Below are positions 7,636 to 17,369 of a stretch of DNA of 57,921 nucleotides, one piece after another. The notes under the pieces are model-generated. The model searched no databases, had not been told where the DNA came from, and saw only the letters and a program-made list of their open reading frames with translations. The stretch's first letter is position 1. Every line of letters begins with the position of its first letter. This DNA is from Oligoflexia bacterium (lineage in GTDB: Bacteria; Bdellovibrionota; UBA1018). The translations under genes and the position numbers were made by a program. The stretch is from contig JAYTHP010000212.1 in the NCBI GenBank assembly GCA_043732485.1, positions 1-57,921 of the forward strand. The letters are read 5' to 3'.

Positions 7636-9759
7636 ATGAGGCAAGCCAAAAACGCAAAACGCTGGAAACCTAAGTTGTCGATTCAAAGCAAGCTGCTGTT
7701 AGGTGCTATTGCTTTGATTGGTTCGATCATTGTTTTCATGAGCCTCACTATGATCTGGGTGTTTACCCAAGAAAAAACAAATGCGCTTGCTGCTCATCAA
7801 GCGCAGCAACTGACTTTAGCCAGTCGCAACCTCGTCCGCCTCCTGGAGCACGCCCTGGATCACCTGAGAGCGCTTGACCTAGAGCCAAGCCACCACCACC
7901 GGCTTGCCCCCCTACTTACCCAGAGAGCGCAAATTTCGCACCAAGAGCTGGAGTTTTCGCTCGTGCGCTGGGGGGAGTTTGACCCCGCAAGCGGACGCCT
8001 CGATCCCCTTGTCCAGTCACTGCCAGAAGCCCACGTGCTTAATCAAGCCCCCAGAGCCGTGACTTTGACGTCAGCTGAGTGGGAACTGGCCCGCGCTTGG
8101 TTGCGCCGCCAATGCCCAAGCAGCCTGCCACAGCCTTACCCTCAGCCGCAGCAGCCTACAGCAGAACTCATTGCCTTTTTCCCCGCTCCCGAGGAGCCAG
8201 GCCCTGCCTCCGCTACCCCGCGCCCGCGCCTCCACCTGGTCTACGGTAAGAAGCGCGGGCAAAAAACCTTCTCAGTTGCGCTAGCCACGCTCGACTTATC
8301 GCCTTTTGCAGCCTCTTTAGGACTGCTCGACTTGACGGTTGCCGATCAAGAAGGCGAGGTGCTATTCGCCCACTCCGCTCAGCGGGAAAGCAACCGTCCT
8401 CACCTTCCAGCCCTGACCGACACCAGACTCACCCCGCCGTCACGAGCGCAGGCGAAAGCGAGTTCGTCCGTGGCTCTCGATTTTTTGTTCTTAGAAGCTA
8501 AGCAATCCCCAAGCGCGCAAGCCTCCTCCACCCTCATCCCGGAGCCAACAACAGACACATTTCACACCCCATGGGACGCTTTGTTTCAGGCTCGGCAGCA
8601 TTTAGGCAGCAGTGTCTCCCCAGGCCTCGGACTAATCGTCTTGAGCCGCACGGCCTTAGAGGCCAACATTCGCTCCAGCCCCAGCCTGACTGAGCAGCTC
8701 GTGGCGCTTGCGGCCGTCGCTATTTGCTTAGCAAGCGTGCTGGCTATTTTTTTCTCGCGCTCACTGACCTCCCCTCTCAATCAGCTGCTGCTTGCCACCC
8801 AAGCCGTCAGTGAGGGAAACTTTCAGTTACAGTTGCCAGAGGCGGGTTCAGACGAGATTGGGGTCTTAGCGGCTGCCTTTCAAACCATGTCTGAGAAAAT
8901 CACCTTGCTGATTCAAGCGGAGATTGAAAGGGCCAGCCTCACGCAGGAACTCGCCATGGCCTCCACCATCCAAAAAACACTTTTTCCTGCCCAAAATTAT
9001 CTCGATCCCCGCATTACCCTGCACAGTTTTTACCAGCCTGCCGCCACCTGCAGCGGTGACTGGTGGAACTTCTTCATCAGCCGCGATCACCTGGTATTTA
9101 TGATGGCTGACGCCACCGGCCATGGCTTTCCCAGTGCCTTGCTCACAGCCTCGATGCGCAGCTGCTTGAGCATGATTGAGAAACGCGCCTCACAAGACCC
9201 TCATTTCACTTGGTCAGCAAGCGAGATCCTTTCCAGTGCCAATCGCGTGATCTTCGATGCCGCACGCGGACAACTGATGATGACCCTGTTTGTGGGGATC
9301 TTGGACTTTAGATCCCTCACCCTCACTTACGGCAGCGCCGGGCACACCGTTCCCTGGGTGCTGCGCCGTCAAGGAGATAACGCCTTACTGATTAGCCTGC
9401 TTGCCCCAGGCCAGCGCCTCGGTGAAGTGCAAGAAGTCGCCTCTTTTTTAGAACAAAGCCTGATCTTGCAACCTCAAGACCGCATCTTTCTCGCAACCGA
9501 TGGCCTCACTGAGGGTCGTAACCGCAAGGGCGTAAGCTTTGGGAAAATGACCCTCAAACAGCTCCTCTTGCAATCACTCCACCTCGAACCGCCCAAGGTG
9601 ATCGATGAGCTGCAAGCGGCCTTGCGCAAGCACCATCAGGGTTGGCCGCCAGAGGATGATATCACGCTTGCGCTGCTCCAACTTACTCCAGCCAGCACCA
9701 ACCCCCCACGACCTAAGAGCAGCCAAGCGGCGGCGGGCGACGAGCGCCTGGTCGATTGA
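7636..9759 (+). CDS. membrane-bound HAMP + PP2C (SpoIIE/RsbU-type) serine phosphatase
   Basis: Two hydrophobic segments flank a ~310-aa Pro-rich outer region. A HAMP domain follows (SPLNQLLLATQAVSEGNF...DEIGVLAAAFQTM). PP2C/SpoIIE motifs SGDWWNF, ADATGHGFPSAL and ATDGLTEG are present. Confidence 0.85.
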   Translation: MRQAKNAKRWKPKLSIQSKLLLGAIALIGSIIVFMSLTMIWVFTQEKTNALAAHQAQQLTLASRNLVRLLEHALDHLRALDLEPSHHHRLAPLLTQRAQISHQELEFSLVRWGEFDPASGRLDPLVQSLPEAHVLNQAPRAVTLTSAEWELARAWLRRQCPSSLPQPYPQPQQPTAELIAFFPAPEEPGPASATPRPRLHLVYGKKRGQKTFSVALATLDLSPFAASLGLLDLTVADQEGEVLFAHSAQRESNRPHLPALTDTRLTPPSRAQAKASSSVALDFLFLEAKQSPSAQASSTLIPEPTTDTFHTPWDALFQARQHLGSSVSPGLGLIVLSRTALEANIRSSPSLTEQLVALAAVAICLASVLAIFFSRSLTSPLNQLLLATQAVSEGNFQLQLPEAGSDEIGVLAAAFQTMSEKITLLIQAEIERASLTQELAMASTIQKTLFPAQNYLDPRITLHSFYQPAATCSGDWWNFFISRDHLVFMMADATGHGFPSALLTASMRSCLSMIEKRASQDPHFTWSASEILSSANRVIFDAARGQLMMTLFVGILDFRSLTLTYGSAGHTVPWVLRRQGDNALLISLLAPGQRLGEVQEVASFLEQSLILQPQDRIFLATDGLTEGRNRKGVSFGKMTLKQLLLQSLHLEPPKVIDELQAALRKHHQGWPPEDDITLALLQLTPASTNPPRPKSSQAAAGDERLVD

Positions 9760-10350
9760 CGCAGTGATGGCGCTCTGATGAGAAAGAACGCAAGAGAAAG
9801 AAAGAGTGTGTGGGGAGGGCTGTGGCTGCCTCACTAAGAACCGCTGAGGATCCAGACTGCGTTTCAAGACTCCCCTACCCTCTCCTCCTGCTGAAGCAGA
9901 GGCGGAAGGACTAGTATGAGAAGAAGGGCAGTCACTCATTGCTGATCTTTTTTTTCGCTAGCAAAGCTGCTTTTTGACTCAAAAAAGTATTTCTTAACAA
10001 AACACTTCAGCCAACCCCATCCAAACGGGAGACAGCTTCATGAAAAAAGTGAAGAGCGGATCTCTTTAGCGGTGCCGGAAAACGTGGTGAATGGCTTTCG
10101 AGAGCAAGCAGGGACAGAGCGCACTAACGATCAATGGTTGATGAATCAGGCTCTGAGCTTATTTTAAAACACCCCTCAGTTTTTACCCGCTTGAAAAAAG
10201 TTGAACACGGCAAGCCTGGCCCCGCTACCTGCGATTGGCTCAAATCACCCTCAGGCAAAGCGCACCGACGACTCCTTCCTGAGTCCCTGCTCCTCCGGAT
10301 CACCTCCCGGCTACTGTGCGGTGGCGCGCAGCGGAAAGGCAGGTGAGGCT

Positions 10351-13300
10351 TCACCCCTGCGGACTCTGGAGCCTCAGCAAAAACGTGCTGCCCTTTCCCT
10401 CCGCAGTCGATTCCAGCACTAACTGCCCACCCAAGCTCTCAGCGAGTTGTCTGGATAAGAACAATCCCAGCCCGTTACCACCTAAGGAATGGCGATGACT
10501 TGAGGGCGACTCCGGCAGGAGCACCTGAAAGAGCTGCGCTGCCTCGCGCTCAGATAGCCCCACACCACAATCGCACACCCGGATTTCAAGCACCGTGCCG
10601 CGAGCCTCTGGAACGAGTTGGCTGTCAATGCTGATACCACGGGAGCTGGAAAGATCCTTAAGCGGCGTGAACTTGACCGCGTTGCTAATCAGATGGGTCA
10701 TTATCTGCTTGAAGCGCTTGGGATCGGTATAGACCCTGGTGCTGCTGAGGGGGTGAGTAGCGCCACCGTCGTCAGTAGTGGCGGTGGCGGTAAGAGTGAG
10801 ATTTTTCTCAGCCGCTTGCCTCTGGAAAAGATCCATCACTTCTGCAATCAGCTGCTGCCAGTTGCAGTCCTCTTTTTTTAATAGCAAGAAGCCTGCTTCT
10901 AGTTTCGAGAGATCCAGCGCGTCACTCACTAGCAGCTTCAGCCACTGACAGTTCTTGGCAACAATCCCCACAAAGTGCTCACGATCAGCCCGGGTTAAGT
11001 CAGGCTCTTTGAGTAGCTCCGTAAAACCGAGCATCACAGTAAGCGGCGTGCGAATTTCGTGACTCAGGTGCGCTAAGAAGCTGTTTTTCCGCTGGTTGAC
11101 CGCCTGCAAATGCTCGACCAATTGCTGCAATCTCTTTTCCGAGCGCTCAAGCCGCTCTCGCATCAAGGTCAGCTCGGTGATGTCGCGGGAGATACCCGTT
11201 AGCCCGACCACCCGCCCTAAAAAATCGCGACGCACTTGTTTATTGGCCCAATAGATGCGCGTCAGCCCCTCAGGTGAGGTGACCCGCTCGGCCAGCAGTT
11301 CACCCCGCCCAGAATTTAAAACTCGGGCGTCATTTTCTGTAATCACCTCCCCTTCCTGCCCAGGATAGTACTCAGCGGCACTTTTTCCGTAAAACTGCTC
11401 TTCTTTCCGTCCGATGAAAACAAAGTAAGCAGGATTGCCATAGACCAGTTTGGCATAACGGTTTTTAACAAAAATAAGATCGGTCGAAGCCTCAGTGATC
11501 GCTTTTAAAATTTCCGACGCCTGCTTAAAGTCATTTTCAATGTCCTTGCGGTCGGTGATGTCAGAGAAGATGCTCACCACCCCCCCCTCTTTTTTTTTGC
11601 CTTCCGTGAGTGTCAGTGGGCAAGCATCCATCTCAAGCAAACGGTAAGCCTTCTGCAGGGGGTTATAAACCGCAATTACCACCCGTTTTTGCGTTATTCC
11701 GGTTTGCAGCGCCACTGACACCGGATGCTCGTCGTCGGGAAACAGCGTACCGTCTTCCCGCAAGTTGGGGGAGACCGTCTTCTCACCCCTGAGCCGATCA
11801 CTCAAGCCTGCCAGATCCTGTGTGCCTAAAATGGCCTCGGCGGCAGGGTTCATGCTCAGCGCTTGCAAGGCTGGGTCGTAAAACACCACCCCTTGCAGCA
11901 TGTTTGCGGCAAGCAGCGTTTGTAACCGCTCACTCTCGCGCAGCGCCTCTTCCACCCGCTTGACACTTGACACATCCACGGAAACCCCAATCCAGCTGGA
12001 ACCGCAAGCCTGCTGGTGCTCACTGCGTTGCAAAAAAACGCCGTGATTGAGGAACCACAAGTATTCGCCCGACCCCGCGCGCACTCGGCACTCCGATTCG
12101 TAGGGTGCTTGGGTGAGTCTTGCTTGCTCCCAAGCCGCCCAGACCTGCGGCAGATCCACTGGATGCACCCGCGCGCTCCAGCTCTCCAGCACGTTAGTCG
12201 CCTGCGACAGGCCTAAAAAATCCAGCAACTGGCGATTACAGAAGGTGTTCTCCCCCTGCTCGTTGACCATCCAGAGGTGCTGAGGGGAAAGCTCGGCTAG
12301 CAGTCGAAATTTTTCTTCCTCAGCCTGGCGTGCGGTCAAATCCTCGCTAAAGAACACCAACCCACCCACCCGCCCCCCCTTTGTAACCCACCAGGGGCGC
12401 ACTTCCCAGCGGAGGTATTGCATCAGGCCGCCTGGGCTGAGAAAGGAATCACACTCACACCGCTCACTCACCCCCTGCTCCAAACAGCGGCGATGCAGCG
12501 CTTTCCAGTGCTCAGGCAAGCAGGGGAACACCTCGTAATGGCTGCGACCGATCAGATTTTGCCCGGTTAAGCCAAAATCCTGCAACCAGCGATCACTCAC
12601 CAGCAGGTAACGCATCTCAGTATCAAACATCGCAACACCGACGGGGACGTTTTGCAAAAACAAGGCACTGAGCTCGCTTGCTTGCTGTAGCCGCTCCTCA
12701 GTCGCCCTTTGCAGCGTCACGTCTTCGACCCAGCCCGTCAACTGGTAACCCTCCCCACCCCCAGGCTGAGGGAGCGGGAAAGAGCGATCCCGCAGCAGCA
12801 GCTGCGATCCGTCGTCCCAGGTAATCCGGCCATCTAAGTCTGTTGCTTCCCCCCGGGCATGCCACTCATGACTTGCAACAATCCTGGCCCGGTCTTCAAG
12901 GTGAATGCTCTCCAGTAAGGAATGAGCGTCTTGATACAGGGTCTCAACTTTTTTTTGCCCTAAGAGTTCATGGGAGGGGCTAACATAACTCAGCGAGGCT
13001 TGAGCCTCCGGCTTAGGATAGTCCCTGACAAAGACCACCTCTTTCTCAGGGCCATCGGCACCGACCCCCCCCGCTTCGGCTGGACTCAAGGCCTGGCTGC
13101 TGCAGATTGCAAGCACGCCTGCCACTGCCCCGTCGTCCGCCATCACAGGCGAGTAACGCACACACCAGCTACCCCAGGCCTCACAGTCCTCAGGCCGCAC
13201 CCGGGTTGCGCGACTCACCTTAGGTAGGTGCTTACCCAGGTTGCGGCTGACACTGAGCGCCTGGGCACTCGCCCGCACCCAAGCAATTTCCTCCTCGCGC

Positions 13301-13638
13301 ACGAAGCCTGGTGACTCGTGAGACCCTGGCGCCACCAGCGGTTGCCCAAAATCTAAGCCGGAAGACTTTTTGTGAGTGCCTAGCGCCTGGGCATAAGCGT
13401 CATTGTAAAAAACAAATCCCGCCTCACCCCAAAATAACGCCATCGCGACGGGTGGCGCGCCGAGCACGATCCTTAGGGTTGTTTGCAAGTCACAAGACCA
13501 GCAAGCGGGCTCTCCCAGTGGATGCAAGGCCCAGTCCAGCTCGTAAGCCACAAGCCCTGCTTGTCCGCCCGAGGCAAATACTTCAAATCCATGGTGACCT
13601 AACGTTTGCTCCATTGACTTTCGTCCTACGTCCGTCAC
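10351..13638 (-). CDS. multi-PAS sensor histidine kinase (no receiver domain)
   Basis: The H-box is FLAHLSHEIRTPL, and the ATPase boxes are NAVKFT, DCGVGL and GGNGLGLFLSRQLAESLGG. Several PAS/PAC-like repeats lie upstream. The start is ambiguous (GTG 13638 or ATG 13614). Confidence 0.85.
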   Translation of the reverse strand: MTDVGRKSMEQTLGHHGFEVFASGGQAGLVAYELDWALHPLGEPACWSCDLQTTLRIVLGAPPVAMALFWGEAGFVFYNDAYAQALGTHKKSSGLDFGQPLVAPGSHESPGFVREEEIAWVRASAQALSVSRNLGKHLPKVSRATRVRPEDCEAWGSWCVRYSPVMADDGAVAGVLAICSSQALSPAEAGGVGADGPEKEVVFVRDYPKPEAQASLSYVSPSHELLGQKKVETLYQDAHSLLESIHLEDRARIVASHEWHARGEATDLDGRITWDDGSQLLLRDRSFPLPQPGGGEGYQLTGWVEDVTLQRATEERLQQASELSALFLQNVPVGVAMFDTEMRYLLVSDRWLQDFGLTGQNLIGRSHYEVFPCLPEHWKALHRRCLEQGVSERCECDSFLSPGGLMQYLRWEVRPWWVTKGGRVGGLVFFSEDLTARQAEEEKFRLLAELSPQHLWMVNEQGENTFCNRQLLDFLGLSQATNVLESWSARVHPVDLPQVWAAWEQARLTQAPYESECRVRAGSGEYLWFLNHGVFLQRSEHQQACGSSWIGVSVDVSSVKRVEEALRESERLQTLLAANMLQGVVFYDPALQALSMNPAAEAILGTQDLAGLSDRLRGEKTVSPNLREDGTLFPDDEHPVSVALQTGITQKRVVIAVYNPLQKAYRLLEMDACPLTLTEGKKKEGGVVSIFSDITDRKDIENDFKQASEILKAITEASTDLIFVKNRYAKLVYGNPAYFVFIGRKEEQFYGKSAAEYYPGQEGEVITENDARVLNSGRGELLAERVTSPEGLTRIYWANKQVRRDFLGRVVGLTGISRDITELTLMRERLERSEKRLQQLVEHLQAVNQRKNSFLAHLSHEIRTPLTVMLGFTELLKEPDLTRADREHFVGIVAKNCQWLKLLVSDALDLSKLEAGFLLLKKEDCNWQQLIAEVMDLFQRQAAEKNLTLTATATTDDGGATHPLSSTRVYTDPKRFKQIMTHLISNAVKFTPLKDLSSSRGISIDSQLVPEARGTVLEIRVCDCGVGLSEREAAQLFQVLLPESPSSHRHSLGGNGLGLFLSRQLAESLGGQLVLESTAEGKGSTFLLRLQSPQG

Positions 13639-13775
13639 CCAACAAAATCAAGCAAAGTTCTTGGCAAAGATGAAAGGGCAAAGACCCCACAAGCTTGAGG
13701 CCACACGCTCCTTGCTGCCCTCAACCTGTGACCTTGTGCCAAAAGAGTCCTTTGATTGCGACAATTTCCGCGCTC

Positions 13776-16700
13776 TCAGGCCGGCAGCGTTTCATCGAGA
13801 CTACTTGCGAAGGCGCTGGTCAGCGACTCAGGCGTCGATTCCGCCTCAGTGTTTGCCACCTTGGCACGCTTTTGATGGAAGAGGGTCAGCAAAAATATGC
13901 TCCCTTTGCCCTCAGCCGTCTCCTCCAGCACCAACGCTCCCCCCAAACTCTCGGCAAGCTGGCGCGAGAGAAACAGGCCTAAGCCGTTGCCGCCAAAGGC
14001 CTGCTTAATCGAAGAGTTAGCTTGGGAGAAAATCTGAAATAACTTCGATCGGTCGTTTTCTGAGATCCCAATGCCTGAGTCGCGCACGCGCACTTCTAGA
14101 TCGAAGGCCTGTTCTCCGCAAGCGCGCGATTGCACCTGCACCACCACGCTGCCTGAGTCAGGGGTAAATTTAATCGCATTGCTGATCAAGTTGGTCAAGA
14201 TTTGCTTCAAGCGCACCGCGTCGCTGTGCAGGGCGCTTTGGGCGCTCTCCGACCACTCAAGCCTCAGGCTTAAGCGCTTTTGCCCAGCCTTCAGGGTGAG
14301 CAAAGCAATCACCTCTTCGACGATCGCCTGCAGGTCACAATCCTCGTTGTGAATCTGAATGTAGCCTGCCTCAATTTTTGATAAATCCAAAGTATCATTG
14401 ACCAACGCCACCAACTGGTGACAATTGCTCTCCACGATCGCCACATAGCGTTCGCGCTCAGCCACCAAGAGCTGAGCGTCTTTGAGCAACTCGGTGAACC
14501 CGGCAATGGCGGCAAGGGGGGTCCGGATCTCGTGACTCATGTTGGCCAGGAAGGTGTTCTTGCGCTGATTGGTGGCTTGTAAATGCTCCACCAACTGTTG
14601 CAGCCGGGTCTCAGAATGCTGCAATCGCTCTTGCGTCAAGGTGATTTCGGTAATATCCCGGGAAATCCCGATTAAACCCACCACCCGTCCCAGGAAATCA
14701 CGACGCACCTGCTTGTTAGACCAGTAAAGGCGAGTTTCCCCGCTTGCCACCGTTAAAGCCTCAGTGATAATCTCCCCTACCCCAGTACTCATGATCCGCT
14801 CGTCGGTTTGCAAAATCACTTCCCCTTGATCTCCCGGTAAAAACTCGGTGTCCGTTTTACCGTATAAATTTTCTTTCCCCTTGCCTAAGACCGCTTGCAT
14901 CGCAGGGTTGGCATAAATAATATGGGACGTGCGGCTTTTCACAAAAATCATATCCGTGGACGCTGACATGATCGCCTCAAGAATGTCTGAAGATTGCTTG
15001 AGCTCATTTTCAATCCGCTTTCGCTCGGTGATGTCAGAAAAAATCGACACCACCCCATAGGGCACCTGCTCCTCTGCCCCGCGCAGCAGCGGGACAGCAT
15101 CCAGCTCCAGCAGGCGATAGGCCTCCTCGCGGGGGTTGTAAACGCTTAAAATCACACCCTTTTGCGCCATCCCGGTATGCAGCGCCAAGGTGGTGGGATG
15201 GTCTTGAGCAGAAAAGTGCGAACCATCTTCCCGCAAATTGGGGTGGGTTCGCTTCCTCCTGAGCGAGGTGGCTAGGTTGTTCTCACACGAGCGCCCCAGG
15301 ATGGCCAGCGCCGCCGGGTTGGCCGACAGCAAACTTCCCTCATGGTCATGAAAAACTACCCCTTGCAGCATGGTCTCTGACAATAGCTTTTGCCGCAATT
15401 CACTTTCTCTGAGCAACTCTTCTGCCTGCTTGATGCGGGAAATATCTACCGAAACGCCAATCCACTGCGATAGCTGTGTGGTTTTATTCTTGAGCAGGAC
15501 GGCGCGATTCAGAAACCAGCGGTATTCTCCGTCTTTTGAGCGGATGCGACATTCCGCTTCCATCGGGGTATGCTTCGCAGTGGCTTCTGCCCACAAGGCA
15601 TTGAGCTTGGGGCGGTCGTCTGGATGAACGTGCTGGGGCCAGGAATCACCAGTACTAGTCCCACTCTCTAAACCCAAAAAATCGACTAACTGCGTGTTGT
15701 GATAGGTGGCCACTCCCGTTTCATCCAGAATCCACAAGTGCTGAGGTGCAAGCTCAGCAATCAGGCGTAGCTTTTCTTCTCCCACCTGGCGGGCGGTAAT
15801 GTCCTCTGAAAAAATAATCAATCCCCCTACCCCACCGCCGTGCGCAAGCCAGGGGCGAACCTCCCACTGGATGTATTTAATCGTCCCATCGGGCTGGACA
15901 AAGGCATCACAATCATTTTTTTCCGTGGCGCCAGCCAAGCAACGCGTATGAGATTCCCTCCAACGCTCAGGCAAAAACGGGAACACCTCATAGTGGTTGC
16001 GACCCATCACGTCTTGCGCCTTAAGCCCCGCTTCCTTCAGCCAGCGGGCACTCACCCGCAAATAGCGCATCTCGTGATCAAACATCGCCAAACCCACAGG
16101 CGAGTTCTCCAAAAACAAGGCGTTAATCGCATCAGCCTGCCGTAATTTGGCTTCAGTTTGCTTTAGCACGCTTTGGTCTTCGGCAACCACCACGACTTGG
16201 GCGCAACGACCACGCCGAAAAAGAGAGGGGTCGCAATCATGGTCACCGTCATAGGCTGGTAACAGAAAAGAGCGGGGCTGAGCGAGTGTGTCCGTCAGGG
16301 TCACAGGCAACACCAAAGGCGACGACACGGGAAGCGCTGCAGCCGGAAACAACGGGTCGTCTCCTCTTGCTGCTGCGTCTATCCCTTGTTCTACCCTCTG
16401 TTGCAGCGGCCGTTGAGCTGCACAGAGCATCACCAGCACCCCACCCACGACAGGCGGTGAACCCTCAGCCCCCCTTGCGTGGTCGTGTCGGAACACTGGC
16501 TGAGCGCTCCACTGCCATCCATCCGCAGTCGCAGCAGCGCCGGCGCTGATGGGCTGGGTTTGCCCTTGCCCAGCACGAAAAACCTGCCGCGCCTCGGCCA
16601 GAAAATCGGCAGCAGGTTGCTGCAGCCGCTCATCAGCTTTTTGCCCCAGTGCGCGCGCAGGCGCAAGACTGAGTCCCACAAAGGCGTCGTTTGCAAACTG

Positions 16701-16943
16701 AAAGAAGTCCTCGCCCCAGTAAAGCACCATCGGCTGGCTAGCATTCAAAACAATGCCCAAGACAGTCTTCAGGGGGCCTGGCCAACCGGCGCCATCGTGA
16801 GAAGGAAAACAAGGAGAATCAGGCTCGCCCAAGGGGTGCCTCGCCCAATCAATCTCCTGCAACAGGGAGACGACCTTGCCCCCTTTGCTGCAGACGCGCT
16901 TAAAAAATGGAGTGTGAGCTTGCTGCGCTTTCATAATACCCAC
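13776..16943 (-). CDS. multi-PAS sensor histidine kinase, tandem paralogue of 10351-13638
   Basis: The H-box is FLANMSHEIRTPL, and the ATPase boxes are NAIKFT, DSGIGI and GGNGLGLFLSRQLAESLGG. Long blocks are near-identical to the neighbouring kinase (for example NKQVRRDFLGRVVGL.GISRDITE). The start is GTG 16943 or ATG 16934. Confidence 0.85.
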   Translation of the reverse strand: MGIMKAQQAHTPFFKRVCSKGGKVVSLLQEIDWARHPLGEPDSPCFPSHDGAGWPGPLKTVLGIVLNASQPMVLYWGEDFFQFANDAFVGLSLAPARALGQKADERLQQPAADFLAEARQVFRAGQGQTQPISAGAAATADGWQWSAQPVFRHDHARGAEGSPPVVGGVLVMLCAAQRPLQQRVEQGIDAAARGDDPLFPAAALPVSSPLVLPVTLTDTLAQPRSFLLPAYDGDHDCDPSLFRRGRCAQVVVVAEDQSVLKQTEAKLRQADAINALFLENSPVGLAMFDHEMRYLRVSARWLKEAGLKAQDVMGRNHYEVFPFLPERWRESHTRCLAGATEKNDCDAFVQPDGTIKYIQWEVRPWLAHGGGVGGLIIFSEDITARQVGEEKLRLIAELAPQHLWILDETGVATYHNTQLVDFLGLESGTSTGDSWPQHVHPDDRPKLNALWAEATAKHTPMEAECRIRSKDGEYRWFLNRAVLLKNKTTQLSQWIGVSVDISRIKQAEELLRESELRQKLLSETMLQGVVFHDHEGSLLSANPAALAILGRSCENNLATSLRRKRTHPNLREDGSHFSAQDHPTTLALHTGMAQKGVILSVYNPREEAYRLLELDAVPLLRGAEEQVPYGVVSIFSDITERKRIENELKQSSDILEAIMSASTDMIFVKSRTSHIIYANPAMQAVLGKGKENLYGKTDTEFLPGDQGEVILQTDERIMSTGVGEIITEALTVASGETRLYWSNKQVRRDFLGRVVGLIGISRDITEITLTQERLQHSETRLQQLVEHLQATNQRKNTFLANMSHEIRTPLAAIAGFTELLKDAQLLVAERERYVAIVESNCHQLVALVNDTLDLSKIEAGYIQIHNEDCDLQAIVEEVIALLTLKAGQKRLSLRLEWSESAQSALHSDAVRLKQILTNLISNAIKFTPDSGSVVVQVQSRACGEQAFDLEVRVRDSGIGISENDRSKLFQIFSQANSSIKQAFGGNGLGLFLSRQLAESLGGALVLEETAEGKGSIFLLTLFHQKRAKVANTEAESTPESLTSAFASSLDETLPA

Positions 16944-16972
16944 TAATATTGAAAAAGTTTAAAAAAATCAAG
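16944..16972 (-). promoter_or_regulatory. candidate sigma70-type promoter abutting the kinase start codon
   Basis: On the minus strand, TTGATT (16972-16967), a 17-nt spacer and TATTAG (16949-16944) precede ATG 16934 by about 10 nt. There is no Shine-Dalgarno sequence. Confidence 0.25.
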
Positions 16973-17133
16973 ATCCGACTGAAGTTAAGCTTAAGGAGGG
17001 GGAGATGGCTTCAGAAGGGGCAATAGACAAGCAGACCCCTGGTTTTTTGAGAGCCTTAAGGTCTCAGGTGTGCAGGGTGCGTTGCCAGGTGGCTCAGACG
17101 GCTCGGGGAGGCTATAAGAGAGGGCCCGGGAAA

Positions 17134-17307
17134 TTAGGAAGAAGACGACGCAGAAGGGGGATGGGGTGGGTCTTGCCCTAACAGGCTTTTCTTAAACGCG
17201 CCCAGGCCTTTGCCTAAGGCTTGACCTAATTCTGGCAAACGATTCCTGCCAAAAAGGAGCGTGATAAAAAACAGCACTAAAAGGTGACTCATGCTTAGAC
17301 CAAACAT
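17134..17307 (-). CDS. tatA: twin-arginine translocase subunit TatA/E (57 aa; below the ORF-track cutoff)
   Basis: My own translation gives MFGLSMSHLLVLFFITLLFGRNRLPELGQALGKGLGAFKKSLLGQDPPHPPSASSSS. It matches the TatA pattern (H-LL-hydrophobic helix-FG-..-LPELG..LGK....FKK). Confidence 0.8.
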   Translation of the reverse strand: MFGLSMSHLLVLFFITLLFGRNRLPELGQALGKGLGAFKKSLLGQDPPHPPSASSSS

Positions 17308-17369
17308 ACCCCCAATGTATCTCAGGAAGGCGGTGGCGTCAAATTTGAAAATCGGCTAAGTTGAGAGCC

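Noticed and set aside
10124-10354. A 76-codon Arg-rich ORF overlapping the histidine-kinase stop (GTGA), and the 590-nt convergent spacer 9760-10350 considered as a hidden gene or sRNA locus.
   Set aside because: The translation is Arg/Ser/Pro-rich without features. I found only weak AT-rich hairpins and a 9-codon ORF. There is not enough evidence for any call.
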